In this document: piece after piece, positions 1 to 12,441 of the stretch
Numbering within the stretch: the first letter of the stretch is position 1
How the letters are laid out: each line of letters opens with the position of its first letter
NCBI GenBank assembly: GCA_032718475.1
Contig: JAUCBJ010009091.1
Span: 1 to 64,000, forward strand
Direction: 5' to 3'
DNA: 64,000 nt
DNA from: Nemertoderma westbladi
Lineage: Eukaryota > Animalia > Xenacoelomorpha
Notes under the pieces: generated by a model
The model's input: the letters and a program-made list of their open reading frames with translations, nothing else
Told to the model about the DNA's origin: nothing
Database searches by the model: none
Program-made: the position numbers and the translations under genes

Positions 1-260
1 ACACTGCAACATTAGAATATACTAGATTTGAATTAAATATAATGAAACGAGTATAGGATATTATTACATTACCGGAATATACTGTAGTTGACAATAAAAC
101 GTTATACATTTATTTAGTTGCACGATGTTAATTACGTATTTAAAATTAAAAGTAATTATAAGAGGGGGAAGACCACCTAGGCACTCGGCACTTATAGGGG
201 CCATTATATTTACATTTGAGAAAATAAAAATATAAAACATAAAACCGTTCTCTAAGTAAA

Positions 261-3105
261 CTACATAAAACGGTCAATTTGACACCACTGCAAAAAATCG
301 ACACCTAATAATCTACATGTAAAAACTTGTACTGATACTGAATCTACTACATGTGATGGAAGAGAGTTCCAGATGGGAACTACTCTATTTGCAAACGAGT
401 GTTTGGAAATGTTTAGCCGCGATTGGCACACAAACAGCTTATGGGAATGCCCCCGAAGCCCTAGTCTAGGTGCGTATGTGAAAAAACTATGAAAAGACAA
501 ATCCACTAAATTTCTTTCAATTTTATACACCATTCTCAGGTCAAAAGTAATGCGCCTAATTTCTAATGGCATAAGGCCAAGGCTTTGTAATTTGTCTAAA
601 TAACTTATGTAAGGAAAATTACATCTAGCAAATAATCTGCGTGTAAAATATCTTTGCACACGCTCTATCATGTCTATTGCATATTTTAGATGTGGCGACC
701 AGACAGAGGTGTTGTATTCCACCAATGGCCGGACATAAGATCTATAGGCTGTAAGAAGTGCAGATTTATTTGTTGTATGAAAACACCGAAAAATCATATT
801 TATAATTTTAAAAGCCTTAGCCGATTGTTCCCTACAATATACTTGAAATTTTAAATCAGGGCACATAATAATTCCTAAATCCTTGCAACTTGTCAAATGT
901 TCTAATTCCTTACCATATAGACAATACGGCAGATATGGATTGGATGCACCAATGTACATTACTTTACACTTATCAATAGCTAGTGTGAGCTGCCAATTCG
1001 AGGCCCAAGTCTCTAAAATATCTAAACATGCTACTAACTGTGAATGGGAAGATGAAGGGGCATATAACTTTACATCATCGGCATAAAGTTGACAAGTAGC
1101 ACCATTAAATAAATCCGGTAAGTCATTAATGAAAATGATAAATAGAATAGGACCAATAACACTACCCTGTGGAGTACCAGAGGGGACGTCATGGGCTGCA
1201 GAAAAACAATTTCCTACAACAACTCGCTGGGTACGGTTAGTAAGGAAAGCTTCCAACCAAGCTAGAAGGTCACCTCCAATTCCGTAACCAGCAAGTTTAC
1301 ATATTAATTTACTATGTACCACACGGTCGAACGCTTTGGCGAAGTCTATATAAATGGCGTCCAGAGGTCGTTTTCTATCAGCCAATTTGCGCCAGTCATT
1401 TAAACACTCTAATAATTGCGTACCAGTAGAGCGACGCTTCAAAAAGCCATGTTGGGCCTTAGTAATAAGTTTGTGTTGTATGAGATAATCAACTAGTTCA
1501 TTTTTTATGCAAGTTTCCATGATTTTACATGCGACACAGGTTAGTGAAACTGGCCGATAATTGTAAGGATCTGAAGCGTTACCCTTTTTAAAAATAGGAA
1601 CAATATTAGCGGTCAACCAAATCGATGGTAAGGCATGAGTAATAAATGATAACTGAAATATAATCGATAATGGCAGTGCTAAAGTATGTGATAGTTTATA
1701 GAAGAGTATGCTGGGAAGACTATCAGGTGAATTGCTACTCTTTGGCTTTAAATTGTTAAGAACAGAGAAAACTTTCTCAACGTTAAAATTTATCTCAGAC
1801 TTGGAAACACCAGCATTTACTTTACTATTGAAAGAGGGCACTTTGCCATTATCCTGTATATAATTCTCTGACAGCACGTTTGAAAATATATGAGCCTTGG
1901 CAGCATCGTCTATAACAGTAGCACCATTATACTTAAGAGGAGGAATACCAGAACTGATTTTACGTTTAGTGTTTACAAAACGAAAAACAGCGTCTGGGCA
2001 ACCGGATGTAAGAAGGCGATTTTCACGTACACAGGTAGACCGGTAAATAGCACGGGAAATTTCCTTTACACATCTGTTATACTCAAGGCGGCCAGAGGCA
2101 GTATGCCGGCGGCGCCACAATAATTTCTTTTTACGCTGCAGTTTGAGAATATGAGCGGGGTGAGGAGTTTTACGATCCTTAAACTGTTTGAATGGCACAA
2201 ACTGCTCTATCCCATTTTTTAAAACAGATGCAAAGGTTTCCCAATAATCATCCACTGTACTACAAGAACTAAATTGATCCTGCCAAACATATGAATTCAG
2301 ATACGATGAAAAACTTACATAATCGGCATCTTTAAAATCATAGTAACCAAAATATTTGGTGCTATCGGTTTCATCATTGCCGCGTAAATTGAAAGTAAGA
2401 CTATTATGGTCACTACTAGAGAAAGGTTCAATTACATTAACATTACTGATGTAGAGGTCATCAGTGGAAAAAAATTAAATCTAGAATATTGTCAGGGTCC
2501 TGGCGTGTAGGTTTATCAACATATTGGGTCAAACCAGCTTCTAAAAACACATTGGAAAAAGACTCATAAATACCAGTATGTGGAAAAGTAAAATTGCACC
2601 AGTTAAAATCCGGTAAATTAAAATCTCCAAAAACAATTGCAGGGTAGCTAACATCGCACAATTCAGACAAACAAGAGCAAAACAAATTATTATATTCCAG
2701 ATAACTACTACTTGACCAAGTCAAGATATCATCTGTAGTACGATAAGCACATATTAAACGAGAGGGACTCTTACCAATTAAATCGACTACTATAATTTCA
2801 CAGTCAGAAAACATTTCGGGAATGCACACTCGTACACACTTTATTGAATTTTTCACCAAAATAACTACACCGCCGCCATTGCCAGTGATAGATCTATCCT
2901 TCCTAAACACTTGGTAATTGTGATAAGTACCATTAATCATACTATCAGTAACTGTATTGTTGAGCCAAGTCTCCGTGACACCTATAATGTCATATTTAGA
3001 ACTGTTAAGTAAAAATTCAAACTCAGACAATTTATTCTTTAAAGAACGGCTGTTAAATACGAGACAGTCCAACAAAGGATTTCTAGTTATAGTGGCCTCC
3101 CCCAC
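261..3105 (-). CDS. CR1 ORF2 (APE endonuclease + reverse transcriptase), one frameshift at the A7 run 2468-2474
   Basis: Endonuclease motifs FNSRSLKNK, GVTETWL, GDFNLP, ILDLIF and SDH (after the shift). RT motifs NYRPVSLT, QHGF, YIDFAKAFD, GTPQGSVIGP, YADD, plus the CR1-type C-terminus LRGHSHKL...FANRVVPIWNSLP. Removing one base joins the 214-aa and 664-aa ORFs without a stop. Confidence 0.92.
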
Positions 3106-4091
3106 TAAAGGTTTTCCGGGAGCCGCCAGGACTTGTCCCGTTTCCAGAAACCATCGCTGTGTTTGTCGAACTTCCAGACAGCACCATCGTCCCGTACACT
3201 GTAACTAATAATTACGTCCGACTCTGCTTTGTCCTTCTTCGCTTCTTCATTCCACTGATACACAGTTTTGCGTCGTTCACTTATAAACTTCCTTGTCTCA
3301 GTCGATAGACTCTGCCGAACATGAATATTCGTATAAGCCGGGTCCAGATTATGATTTTTTCTCGATAGGGCGAAGAGATCCCAAAAATTTCGTGCATCGA
3401 GTTCACTAGCAAATGAAACCTGTAACAGTCTATCTCTATCAATAGTCTGGCGTCCAAGGCGGAGTGTGTCAAGTATGGTACTGGAGCCAGCACCAACTGA
3501 AACACATAATGATGAGACAGATGCTTTATCGGCTGTACCACTTCCACCTTCCTTTAGATTCGAAATAATTACTTGCTTTTTCAGTTCCTCCGATTGTAAC
3601 ACTTCACGGACTGAAGAATGAACGACTTCTGCTAAAGGAGTAGACCTCCGATCAACAACACTGGAAGATAAAGAATTCCGAGAAGTTACTCCAGCATAGG
3701 TACAGTTAGCATCATTCCTAGGTTTAGGGGGAGGAATACAGAATGAAGTCGATATTTCGCGAATTAGTTTCGACTGTTCTTCGATCTTGTCACTTAAGTC
3801 AGCAACAGTCTGATTTATAGCTGTGTTGGTGGGTGATACCTTTGGTTTCTTATCATTTGTTAACCTATTAAAACATGATTGACAGATAAACGACCAGGGA
3901 TTGTAGAGATTGCCCAACTTAATAACTTCCTCGTAGAAAGAATCAGCTCCATTCGATTTATCAACCGGCAGAGTACCGAACGCACATTCGAAGCACACCC
4001 AGTGACTACTACAACCACCACACCCTACCCACTTGTTACCAAAGGCATCTGGGGAACGGTTACACTGTTTACATGAATCCTTGATGCCCAT
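3105..4091 (-). CDS. CR1 ORF1 with N-terminal PHD-like zinc finger and coiled coil
   Basis: CxxC...CxxCxxHxxCxxC...CxxC pattern, a coiled-coil-like segment, and a LRLGR...RLLQVSF motif typical of CR1 ORF1. Lies directly upstream of ORF2. Confidence 0.8.
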   Translation of the reverse strand: MGIKDSCKQCNRSPDAFGNKWVGCGGCSSHWVCFECAFGTLPVDKSNGADSFYEEVIKLGNLYNPWSFICQSCFNRLTNDKKPKVSPTNTAINQTVADLSDKIEEQSKLIREISTSFCIPPPKPRNDANCTYAGVTSRNSLSSSVVDRRSTPLAEVVHSSVREVLQSEELKKQVIISNLKEGGSGTADKASVSSLCVSVGAGSSTILDTLRLGRQTIDRDRLLQVSFASELDARNFWDLFALSRKNHNLDPAYTNIHVRQSLSTETRKFISERRKTVYQWNEEAKKDKAESDVIISYSVRDDGAVWKFDKHSDGFWKRDKSWRLPENL

Positions 4092-6545
4092 AGGGGCAAG
4101 TTACACCCCCTTTCAGCCTTTAGCTACGCCTCTGATGGTCTATAATAATTAATAAAGAATAATTGACTGTCAACTGTCTGACACTGATAGAGTAGCCAAA
4201 TAATTCCGCCTAGAATGATTGTTTTATTATTTATTTTTTTATACCGTAAATCCTGCAGCTACAGTATAATACATCAAAATATTGAACTAATTAGTCTTAC
4301 TTGCCACTAGCTCCCTTTCAACTACAGTACAACATTAACTAGTACCTATTCAATGTTAAAACTCTGAAAGTAGTGATATATGACCCAATGTGTCAATCTA
4401 CGCATAGCTATACGTCTCTATGTAGGTCGAAAAGATTTACCCCTATTCCTGTATTCTGATGTTGCAGTAATACTGATGCAGTGTTACCTGTTACCGTAGT
4501 AGCGGTAGCTGTTACTGATACAGGTAGTTTGATGCTGCCGTATGCAGTCAGGCAGTAGCTCTGTAGCTAGTCTCTACTCATTAGGCAGGCTACCGGGCTA
4601 AGCTTATTCCTGTATTGCACTAGGCCTATTGTGGTTTGGCACTAGGCAGTTAGGCCTACCTGCCTACTACACTGCGGTAGCCTTGGATGTTCAAAAAATT
4701 ATTGCTTGGGTTTTTACTCTCATGTTTCAGTACAGCAGTAGGTATGGAGGCTAGGCAGCTAGGCTTATGAGCTTATTGTGGCTTAGCTTAACACTACTGC
4801 AGTCTCCAGTACTGTACTGCGTACTGTAGGCTAGTACTGCCTGACTGCCAGTCTGCTGGAAGTAGGCCTATCTGCCTATGTACCTGTACCTTTGACAGTT
4901 TTAAGCACTGCAGTACTACCGGCAAGTCAGTAACAGTAAGTACTGAAGTAGGCGTAATACAGTAATCCCTGGCAGCCTGGCGGTCTGCCGGCCAGGTTGG
5001 AATTAATGCTGCATAACTCGGACCCGTCGCGTAACTGCGCGAATGACCGCGAACAAGATGCGCGTTGCACGTTCAGACGTTTGGGTGAGACAGGTGCGCG
5101 GTACTACCGTACTATCTGACTAGGCCTATTGTTATATAGGCCTAATGCTAATATGTTACGTTAGTAAACAAACAAGTAAAGTCAGAAAGTAACAATGTAC
5201 AGATGTATTAAGTATGACTTAATTAGCCCTATCAGCCTATATATAAGCCAGTGTAAAATTGTTCTTATGAGCTGCTTGATTTTTTGAGATATGGATGGCA
5301 ATGGCATAAGCTGCGCGATTTTGTATGGATTATGATGAGGTGCGTGACGAGCCAATTTCAGGTGCGCCGTGATCTCGAAACATCGAAGCGTACCTTCGCG
5401 CACATGCATGAATTCCAACCTGGTCTGCCGGTGATGACAATACAAATAATAGTCCTGTTACAGTGTTAGGGGCCTAAATTGTATGCATTCAGGCATTAGC
5501 AGTTAGACTGTTCAGCTGTTAGGTCATTAGTGAATTGGGGAGAAATTATATTTTCAACAAGTTGAAATTTCAACTTTATTTTTTGAAATTTTTTTATTAA
5601 AATTAAACTTTTGGAGTACCACCGTACAGGTACCGGTACCGGTAGATTTTATAATTCAACTTTTTTTGATATGTATAATTCAACTTTTTGAAGTACCGCT
5701 AGCTTTGGTAATACTGAAATATGGAATTTGAATCTTTAGGCCTACTGGTAGGCCTATTCCCTTGTACAGTTGTATTGCCGTAGTATTTCAACTAATTTGC
5801 AAATGTAATACAGGTACCGGTACGGTAACTTGAACTTCTAGTCCTAATGTTTTTAAAAAAAGGTACCCGTACCCCCTATGGTATTCCCGCTGTTGCTGTT
5901 GGGGGCCTTCAGGTCTTCTACGTCTCCGTCATTTTGGAGTTTAATTTACAACTTAAAAGTTGAAGTTTAAAAGACTGAAAGAAAGTTTTAAATTTCAACT
6001 TCGTTTAAATTTGAATTTTTCCCTCCAGCCCTGACTTTTGGGCCTACTAGCAACTACTATCGTAGGCCTACTGATCTATTAGGCTACTAGCAACTAATAT
6101 TGTAGTCCTACTTATCTAATGCTGTTATGGATAAAATGATTATAAATGGAAAAAACATTCGTATTTCCATTTTCAATACCGGTCGAGGTCGTGGGCGCGG
6201 CCGTCGAGGGCGGCGATACCGCCCATACACTGCCCCCCCCTGCCCTCCCTGTCGACCATGCGTCGGCCGACGTTGGCACTCGTACCGGTGGCGCCACCAA
6301 CGTCACCGAATGTGGACATATAGGAGAAGAAGAAATACAAAACCGGAGGGGTCCATCGGTGAATAACGTACCATCGGCGGATAACGTACAATTGCCGGAT
6401 AAAGTATAATCGCCGAATAACGAACAATCGGAGGTTCGTAAGGAAGGATCGTAATGCGAACTCATAGACCCTGCGCGAGATATTGTGAGTGGGGGGGGGG
6501 GGATCTAATGCGACCTTACAGACACTCCCAGGTAGGGGGCCAGAG

Positions 6546-6639
6546 GGGACCAAACGCGAACTCAACTTATACGTAGGTTCCTATTTAATTGTCATCCTGT
6601 GCTGGTTGATGATAATTTCTTGTTATTAAATTTTGCGAC
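6546..6639. repeat. Left arm of a 94-bp inverted repeat (partner 8898-8991)
   Basis: gggaccaaacgcgaactcaacttatacgtagg...ttttgcgac is the reverse complement of 8898-8991 with about 3 mismatches. Confidence 0.9.
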
Positions 6640-6674
6640 GTCACCCATGCCGCCGCCGGAGCCACCACCACTGC

Positions 6675-6774
6675 NNNNNNNNNNNNNNNNNNNNNNNNNN
6701 NNNNNNNNNNNNNNNNNNNNNNNNNNNNNNNNNNNNNNNNNNNNNNNNNNNNNNNNNNNNNNNNNNNNNNNNNN
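6675..6774. other. Assembly gap (100 N)
   Basis: Run of exactly 100 N, the usual placeholder for a gap of unknown size. Confidence 0.99.
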
Positions 6775-7985
6775 TCGGACAGACATACAGACGAACAGTC
6801 GGACAGAGAGACGGCACCTACAATCGAGACAGGATTGACAATCAGACAGACAGGATGTACAGTCAGACATAGACAGGACCGATGGTGAGTTGACAGTCAG
6901 ACAGACAAACAGGACCTAGAGTCAGACCCAGTATCGACACTCAGACAGTCTGGACACCAACCGACAGTCAGAACTGCCAGTCATACAGATAGACAAGATC
7001 GATTGTTAGACAGACAGACAAGATGGACTGTCAGACAGACAGATGGGCCGATAAACAGACCGACATGACCGGTAGTCAGAAAGGATTGACAATCAGACAG
7101 CCACATGACTGGTAGTTAGACAGACAGACAGAGCCGACAAACAGACATAAATACAGACAGACACGTCCGACAGGACCGACACTCAGACAGCCACAGGACT
7201 TATAGTCATACAGAGAGACCGACAGTCGGACAGACAGAGACATGATCGACAGTCAGGCAGACATGACCGACAGAAAGGCAGGATCTTAGTTAGAAGATGG
7301 GCAGGAACCGACAGTCAGACAATACAGATAGATAGGACACCCAATCATACAGACATACGACAGATATAACCGACAGACAGATATAACCGACAGACAGAAC
7401 CTATATACAGACAGAACCTATAGACTGGCAGTACCGACAGTCAGACATGACCGACAGACAGATATAACCGACAGACAGATATAACCAACAGACAGACTGA
7501 ACCTACAGACAGAACCTACAGACAGGCAGGACCGACAGTCACACAGACAAACATGAACCGACAGTGAGACAGGACAGCCAGTAGACATACAGGATGTACA
7601 GAAATACAGGATCGACTGACCAACAGTAAGGACCTACATTCAGACAGATAGTCAGGACCGACAGTGAGTCTGATTGACAGTCAGACAGACGGACAGGACC
7701 TGGACACAGTATCGGCAGTCAGACAGTAAGGAGACCCACCGACAGTCTGATAGACAGACAGTGAGGCAAGACATGATCGACTGTCAGACAGACAGACAGC
7801 ACCGATATTGAGTCTGACTGACAGTCAGGACATACATTCAGACAAATAGACAGGACCGACAGTGAGTTTGACTGACAGTCAGATAGACAGACGTGACCTA
7901 CAGTCAGACACAGTTTTGCCAGTCAGACGGTCAGGACACCCACAGACAGTCAGCCAGACCTGACTGACAGTCAGACAATGCAGAC
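6775..7985. repeat. Degenerate (GACA/CAGA)n-rich simple-sequence tract
   Basis: About 1.2 kb dominated by cagac/gacag/ccgacagtcagac variants, followed by (ctaca)n near 8000-8095. Confidence 0.9.
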
Positions 7986-8107
7986 ACCAGGAACTCCAGT
8001 TCCACTACACTACAACACTACACTACACTATTACTTACCTCGACCTGTTCCACTACACTACAACTCAACTAGACCGGCTCCACTACACTATTACTTTCCC
8101 CATCAGT

Positions 8108-8557
8108 CAGTCTAACTCACTACTATAAATAAGTGCATTATTACGTCGGCAGTCTAACTCGCTACTATAAATAAGTGCATTATTACGTCGTCAGTCTAAC
8201 TCACTACTATAAATAAGTTAATTATTACGTCGTCAGTCTAACTCGCTACTATAAATAAGTGAATTATTACGTCGTCAGTCTAACTCGCTACTATAAATAA
8301 GTGCATTATTACGTCGTTAGTCTAACTCACTATTAATAAGTGCATTATTACGTCGTCAGTCTAACTTACTATAAATAAGTGAATAATTACGTCGTCAGTC
8401 TAACTCACTACTATAAATAAGTGCGTTATTACGTCGTTAGTCTAACTTACTATAAATAATTGCATTATTACGTCGTTAGTCTAACTTACTATAAATAAGT
8501 GCATTATTACGTCGTCAGTCTAACTCACTACTATAAATAAGTACATTATTACGTCGT
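8108..8557. repeat. ~42-bp minisatellite, ~11 copies
   Basis: Unit cagtctaactcactactataaataagtgcattattacgtcgt, with shorter 38-39-bp variants. Confidence 0.95.
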
Positions 8558-8897
8558 GACCGCCACACCCATTACTACAGTTTAATCTGTTTTATTCTGG
8601 TAATCTGTAATATTGTTTCGGTTATTATTTAAAGTATACGTGCATGCCATTCAAATTATTTTATTCGCAAATGGTGTTAATGAGCTATGTATTGTATTAA
8701 AGAGTTATTATCTTAATGAGCTATGTTATGTCTTCCTTTAAAGAGAGTAATTATATGTCGGGATATTTGAGAATTAAAAATGGCAAAACGGCAGATTACT
8801 TTTTTGGCATTTTGGAAAAGTTTTACACTTAACTAAGCTTTAGTCTTTTTAGTCAAATAATAAGTTTTGAGAGAAAATAAAGAAACAAGAAATATTT

Positions 8898-8991
8898 GTC
8901 GCAAAATTTAATAACAATAAATTATCATCAACCAGCACAGGATGAGAATTAAACAGGAACCTACGTATAAGTTGAGTTCGCGTTTGGTCCC
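8898..8991. repeat. Right arm of the 94-bp inverted repeat (partner 6546-6639)
   Basis: Direct reverse-complement match to 6546-6639. Confidence 0.9.
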
Positions 8992-9155
8992 ACCTACCCG
9001 AGTTCGCGTTTGGTCCCACCTACCCGAGTTCGCGTTTGGTCCCACCTACCCGAGTTCGCGTTGGGTCCCACCTACCCGAGTTCGCGTTTGGTCCCACCTA
9101 CCCGAGTTCGCGTTTGGTCCCACCTACCCGAGTTCGCGTTTGGTCCCACCTACCC
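8974..9155. repeat. 26-bp minisatellite, 7 copies
   Basis: Unit gagttcgcgtttggtcccacctaccc; the first unit overlaps the end of the inverted-repeat arm. Confidence 0.95.
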
Positions 9156-9456
9156 GCGTACCTGGGATATCTCGGAGGGACAGTTCTCATTAGGTACATC
9201 CGACTGTTTATTAGGTACATCCGACTGTTTTGAGTTCTCATTAGGTACATCATCCGCCTGTCCGTGGCCCGCCCGTCGCTCGTCCGTAGCTTCGCCGCCC
9301 GTCCGTGGCCCGCCCGGTTCTTTTGATCCTTCTCCTCTGCCCCCTGCGGCACCATCGTTACCGGTATATTGATATGGTTGGAATCTTGGGCCTCGGCCTC
9401 GTCCTCGGCCCCGTCCTCGGCCTCGACCCCCCCACCGTCGCCCACGACCTTGTTGT

Positions 9457-9778
9457 GTCTAAATCACTACTATAAATAAGTGCATTATTACGCCGTCAGT
9501 CTAACTCACTATTAATAAGTGCATTATTACATCGTCAGTCTAACTCACTACTATAAATAAGTGCATTATTACGTCGTCAGTCTAACTCACTATTAATAAA
9601 TGCATTATTACGTCGTCAGTCTAACTCACTACTATAAATAAGTGCATTATTACGCCGTCAGTCTAACTCACTATTAATAAGTGCATTATTACGCCGTCAG
9701 TCTAAATTACTATAAATAAGTGCATTATTACGTCGGCAGTCTAAATCACTACTATAAATAAGTGCATTATTACGCCGT
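9457..9778. repeat. Second array of the ~42-bp minisatellite, ~8 copies, same orientation
   Basis: Same unit as 8108-8557. Confidence 0.95.
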
Positions 9779-10504
9779 CCGGCGCCACGAACAGACGAAG
9801 TAAAACTTTTGTCTTCTGCTACTTATGTATTTGTCTGGTACATTTACCGGTGTGTTGGTGTGGTTTAATTACGGTTCCTGTATTTTTACTGGTAATTGCA
9901 ATTGGATGGTGTAATACTGTTCCGTAATAAATAAATAAATAATATTAATATCATCTTGCCTTTATTGGTAGCACTAGCCGTACTGGTGAGCCGGTACACT
10001 AGTACTGACTACTGATATACCGGCAGACCGGTACCTATTTGTCTACGTGCCGCCTGCTGTTTATCATAAATAAATAGATCTGTATTAATACCAGAATGTA
10101 GTACAGCAATAATAGTGAGATAAATATGTGGATATGACTACCTCTAATACTGGTCCCGTTGGTTCCGAAGTTTCGTGTTCTCAAACTTCTGCGAGTGTTG
10201 ATGCTTTGGTAATAAACGTTGAAAAGATTGAAACTTAAGTGGTGAAATACGGGTACCACACTCTTATTTATCTTTTGTAAGTTAAACCACATGACAACCA
10301 AATGTGACATAGGCCTACCGGTATCTGTAACCAGATAATGGTATCGATTACAGGATTAGGGATGTTGCGAATGTCATATTTTTGACATCCGCGGATGCAG
10401 ATATGTGGATGCGGATGACTATTAAAACCTAAATATTATTAGTAATTAACCTAAATATTATCCTTAATAGCTTTTAATACTTCTTTGGAGTTCGGCAGGT
10501 GCCT

Positions 10505-10990
10505 AGTTGTTTAGCTTTCTCAACCTTGTTGATGTTTTCGGCTGTTGGTTGTTCAGTTTTTACTTTGGAGTAGGAGTATCTTAACATCTTCTCTCTTGCG
10601 ATTTTGAACTTCTACTGTCTACTGTGTGAGCTTCCTTTACTGCATTGTCAGTTCTGAGTTTCTCCCAGTTATAGTTGATTTGCTTGCTTGTCCTGAGTTT
10701 ACTGGCTCTCAAACTGAGTCTGAGCTCTGCAGTCTGGTCTGGTCCGAACAAATTAGGTTGAACGACTACTGTACTTTATGTTGTACTTAACTGTACTTAA
10801 ATTAGGTTGACTACTGTAGGCCTCGCAGTTAAATGTCCATCCTTACTCTTTTCGAATGTGGTGTTTGTAGGTATCAATGACTTTATAAGCCCTTTCAAAT
10901 CTTCTAGTCCTTGACTGTTTGTTCTGTCTCTGATGCATTGTTGGTTGGACTGTAGCAACACATTGCTGCTGTCTTGTGATTCCCACCAAA
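10505..10990 (-). mobile_element. Degraded RTE LINE fragment (endonuclease/linker region)
   Basis: Reverse complement matches parts of 56980-57740 and 40150-40220, e.g. aacaaggttgagaaagcta and caactataactgggagaaactcagaactgacaatgcagtaaagga. Confidence 0.8.
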
Positions 10991-11074
10991 AATGTTGTAC
11001 TTATATTAGTTTATGATCCTGGAATTTGGAATTCTTGGAATTACCTGTTGAATTACTGGGAACAAACCTTGGGA

Positions 11075-11125
11075 TACGAGTAGCACCAGTCATACCTTCG
11101 GGTAGCAGCTACTGAAGAGGGAGAC
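11075..11125 (+). mobile_element. Short degraded fragment of the SINE family seen at 44112-44380
   Basis: 11056-11125 (ctgggaacaaaccttgggatacgagtagc...cgggtagcagcta...aagaggg) resembles 44237-44305. Confidence 0.55.
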
Positions 11126-12441
11126 AGAAGCATGTTACAGTGGCACGTTATTCTAACCAAAATGATAAACGAAAGTCAACAGAACAGGTTACAGTTTTAT
11201 TTTTGGGAGTAACCAGCTGTTATTTGCGTCGATTTTTCCCTGGAGAGGGATGAATTTTGATTGCGACTAAAGGCCCTCCCAATCTTCGAAGAGATGCCTT
11301 CAGTCCGACTGTTTGATTGGCTTTTTTTACTATTGTATAATGCAGATATTGATATATTATTCGAATTCCTAGAACTTTTAATTCCTGCAAAGCTAACCTA
11401 GCATTGCGAATTATCTTGCACAAAATAATGAAAGTATTATTTATTTCAGATGTAAAATTTAGAATTAAAGGAAACTGCAGCAGTCAAGAATGAATATAAG
11501 AAGAGCGGGCTCTCAAGTATTATTCTGGAGAGCGGCTGTAGATAATATGCAGCCGGCAGCCGCCACTATAGCCTACAAACTTTGGTTGGATGTGGCAGCA
11601 ATTTGTAAATTGGGCTTTCAATTTTTATTGCAAGTGTGCGAACAAGGACTGTGATAACGTGTTAATAAATATATTATCAAACATTAACTACAAGTAATTA
11701 CTGCAAATGCAGAAGTTGTTTCATCGACGGCAGTCTTTCACCTTTCATTTCACGGTCCACTGGTAATACCGAACATCACCTTACAGAAACAACATCTCAG
11801 TTTGGGTAACCACTGATACTTCGAAAAGGATAAACCTGCGCCATTCTGTGCATAAATGCGTCGGCCACAAAGTCCACATTCGAATTAACATATTTTCCAC
11901 CAGTTCTTGAGGATACATGTTTAGCGAAAGTTAGGGTGCTGACAGCATATATTCCTGACAGACAGGTATGTCGGTGCATTACTTGGCCACAGTGATGAGC
12001 TCCAAATTGCACACCGAGCCTTGTATGTATTACAAGTTCACTACCGGTAACAGTGTTTGCCATAACACTGCAATGTTACAAAATTTGTAACTCATAACTG
12101 CAAACATAATCCTTATTCCTTACATTTTTATTTTCTCGAGCTTGGTTTCTCCTTATTTATGATTGACCAGTGTCTAAATATATAAATATACCTCTGCGTG
12201 TTAATTCATTATTGTTGCTATGTAAAACATCTGTCGTTAAGATAAATAGTGTTCTAGAAAAAATTGCTCAATGCGGACTATGTGAAATATAACATAATTT
12301 CAAATGGTTTATACAAGTTAACACTTTCAGCAAAAAAAACTGCAGTCATACCCAATTTGAACGGTGGTCGTTACTGTCTACTTGACTATTTTGTAAGATA
12401 ATTAATGTCAAACAATACTGTATGTATATTTTATTTCATAG

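Larger units (their letters stand above)
100..4091 (-). mobile_element. CR1-clade (CR1/L2 group) non-LTR retrotransposon, near full length
   Basis: PHD-type ORF1 followed by an APE endonuclease plus RT ORF2. AT-rich 3' UTR with minus-strand AATAAA near 108-113. Both ends are approximate. Confidence 0.9.

Noticed and set aside
6592-6872. ORFs spanning the N run
   Set aside because: They are artefacts of translating through an assembly gap.
8942-9372. Overlapping ORFs with VPPTRVRVWSHLPEF repeats
   Set aside because: They are translations of a stop-free 26-bp minisatellite.
8108-9778. Possible CRISPR array (42-bp and 26-bp repeats)
   Set aside because: Repeats are head-to-tail with no unique spacers, there are no cas genes, and the context is eukaryotic.
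11797-12063. 88-aa His/Cys-containing minus-strand ORF
   Set aside because: No recognisable domain or supported splice structure.
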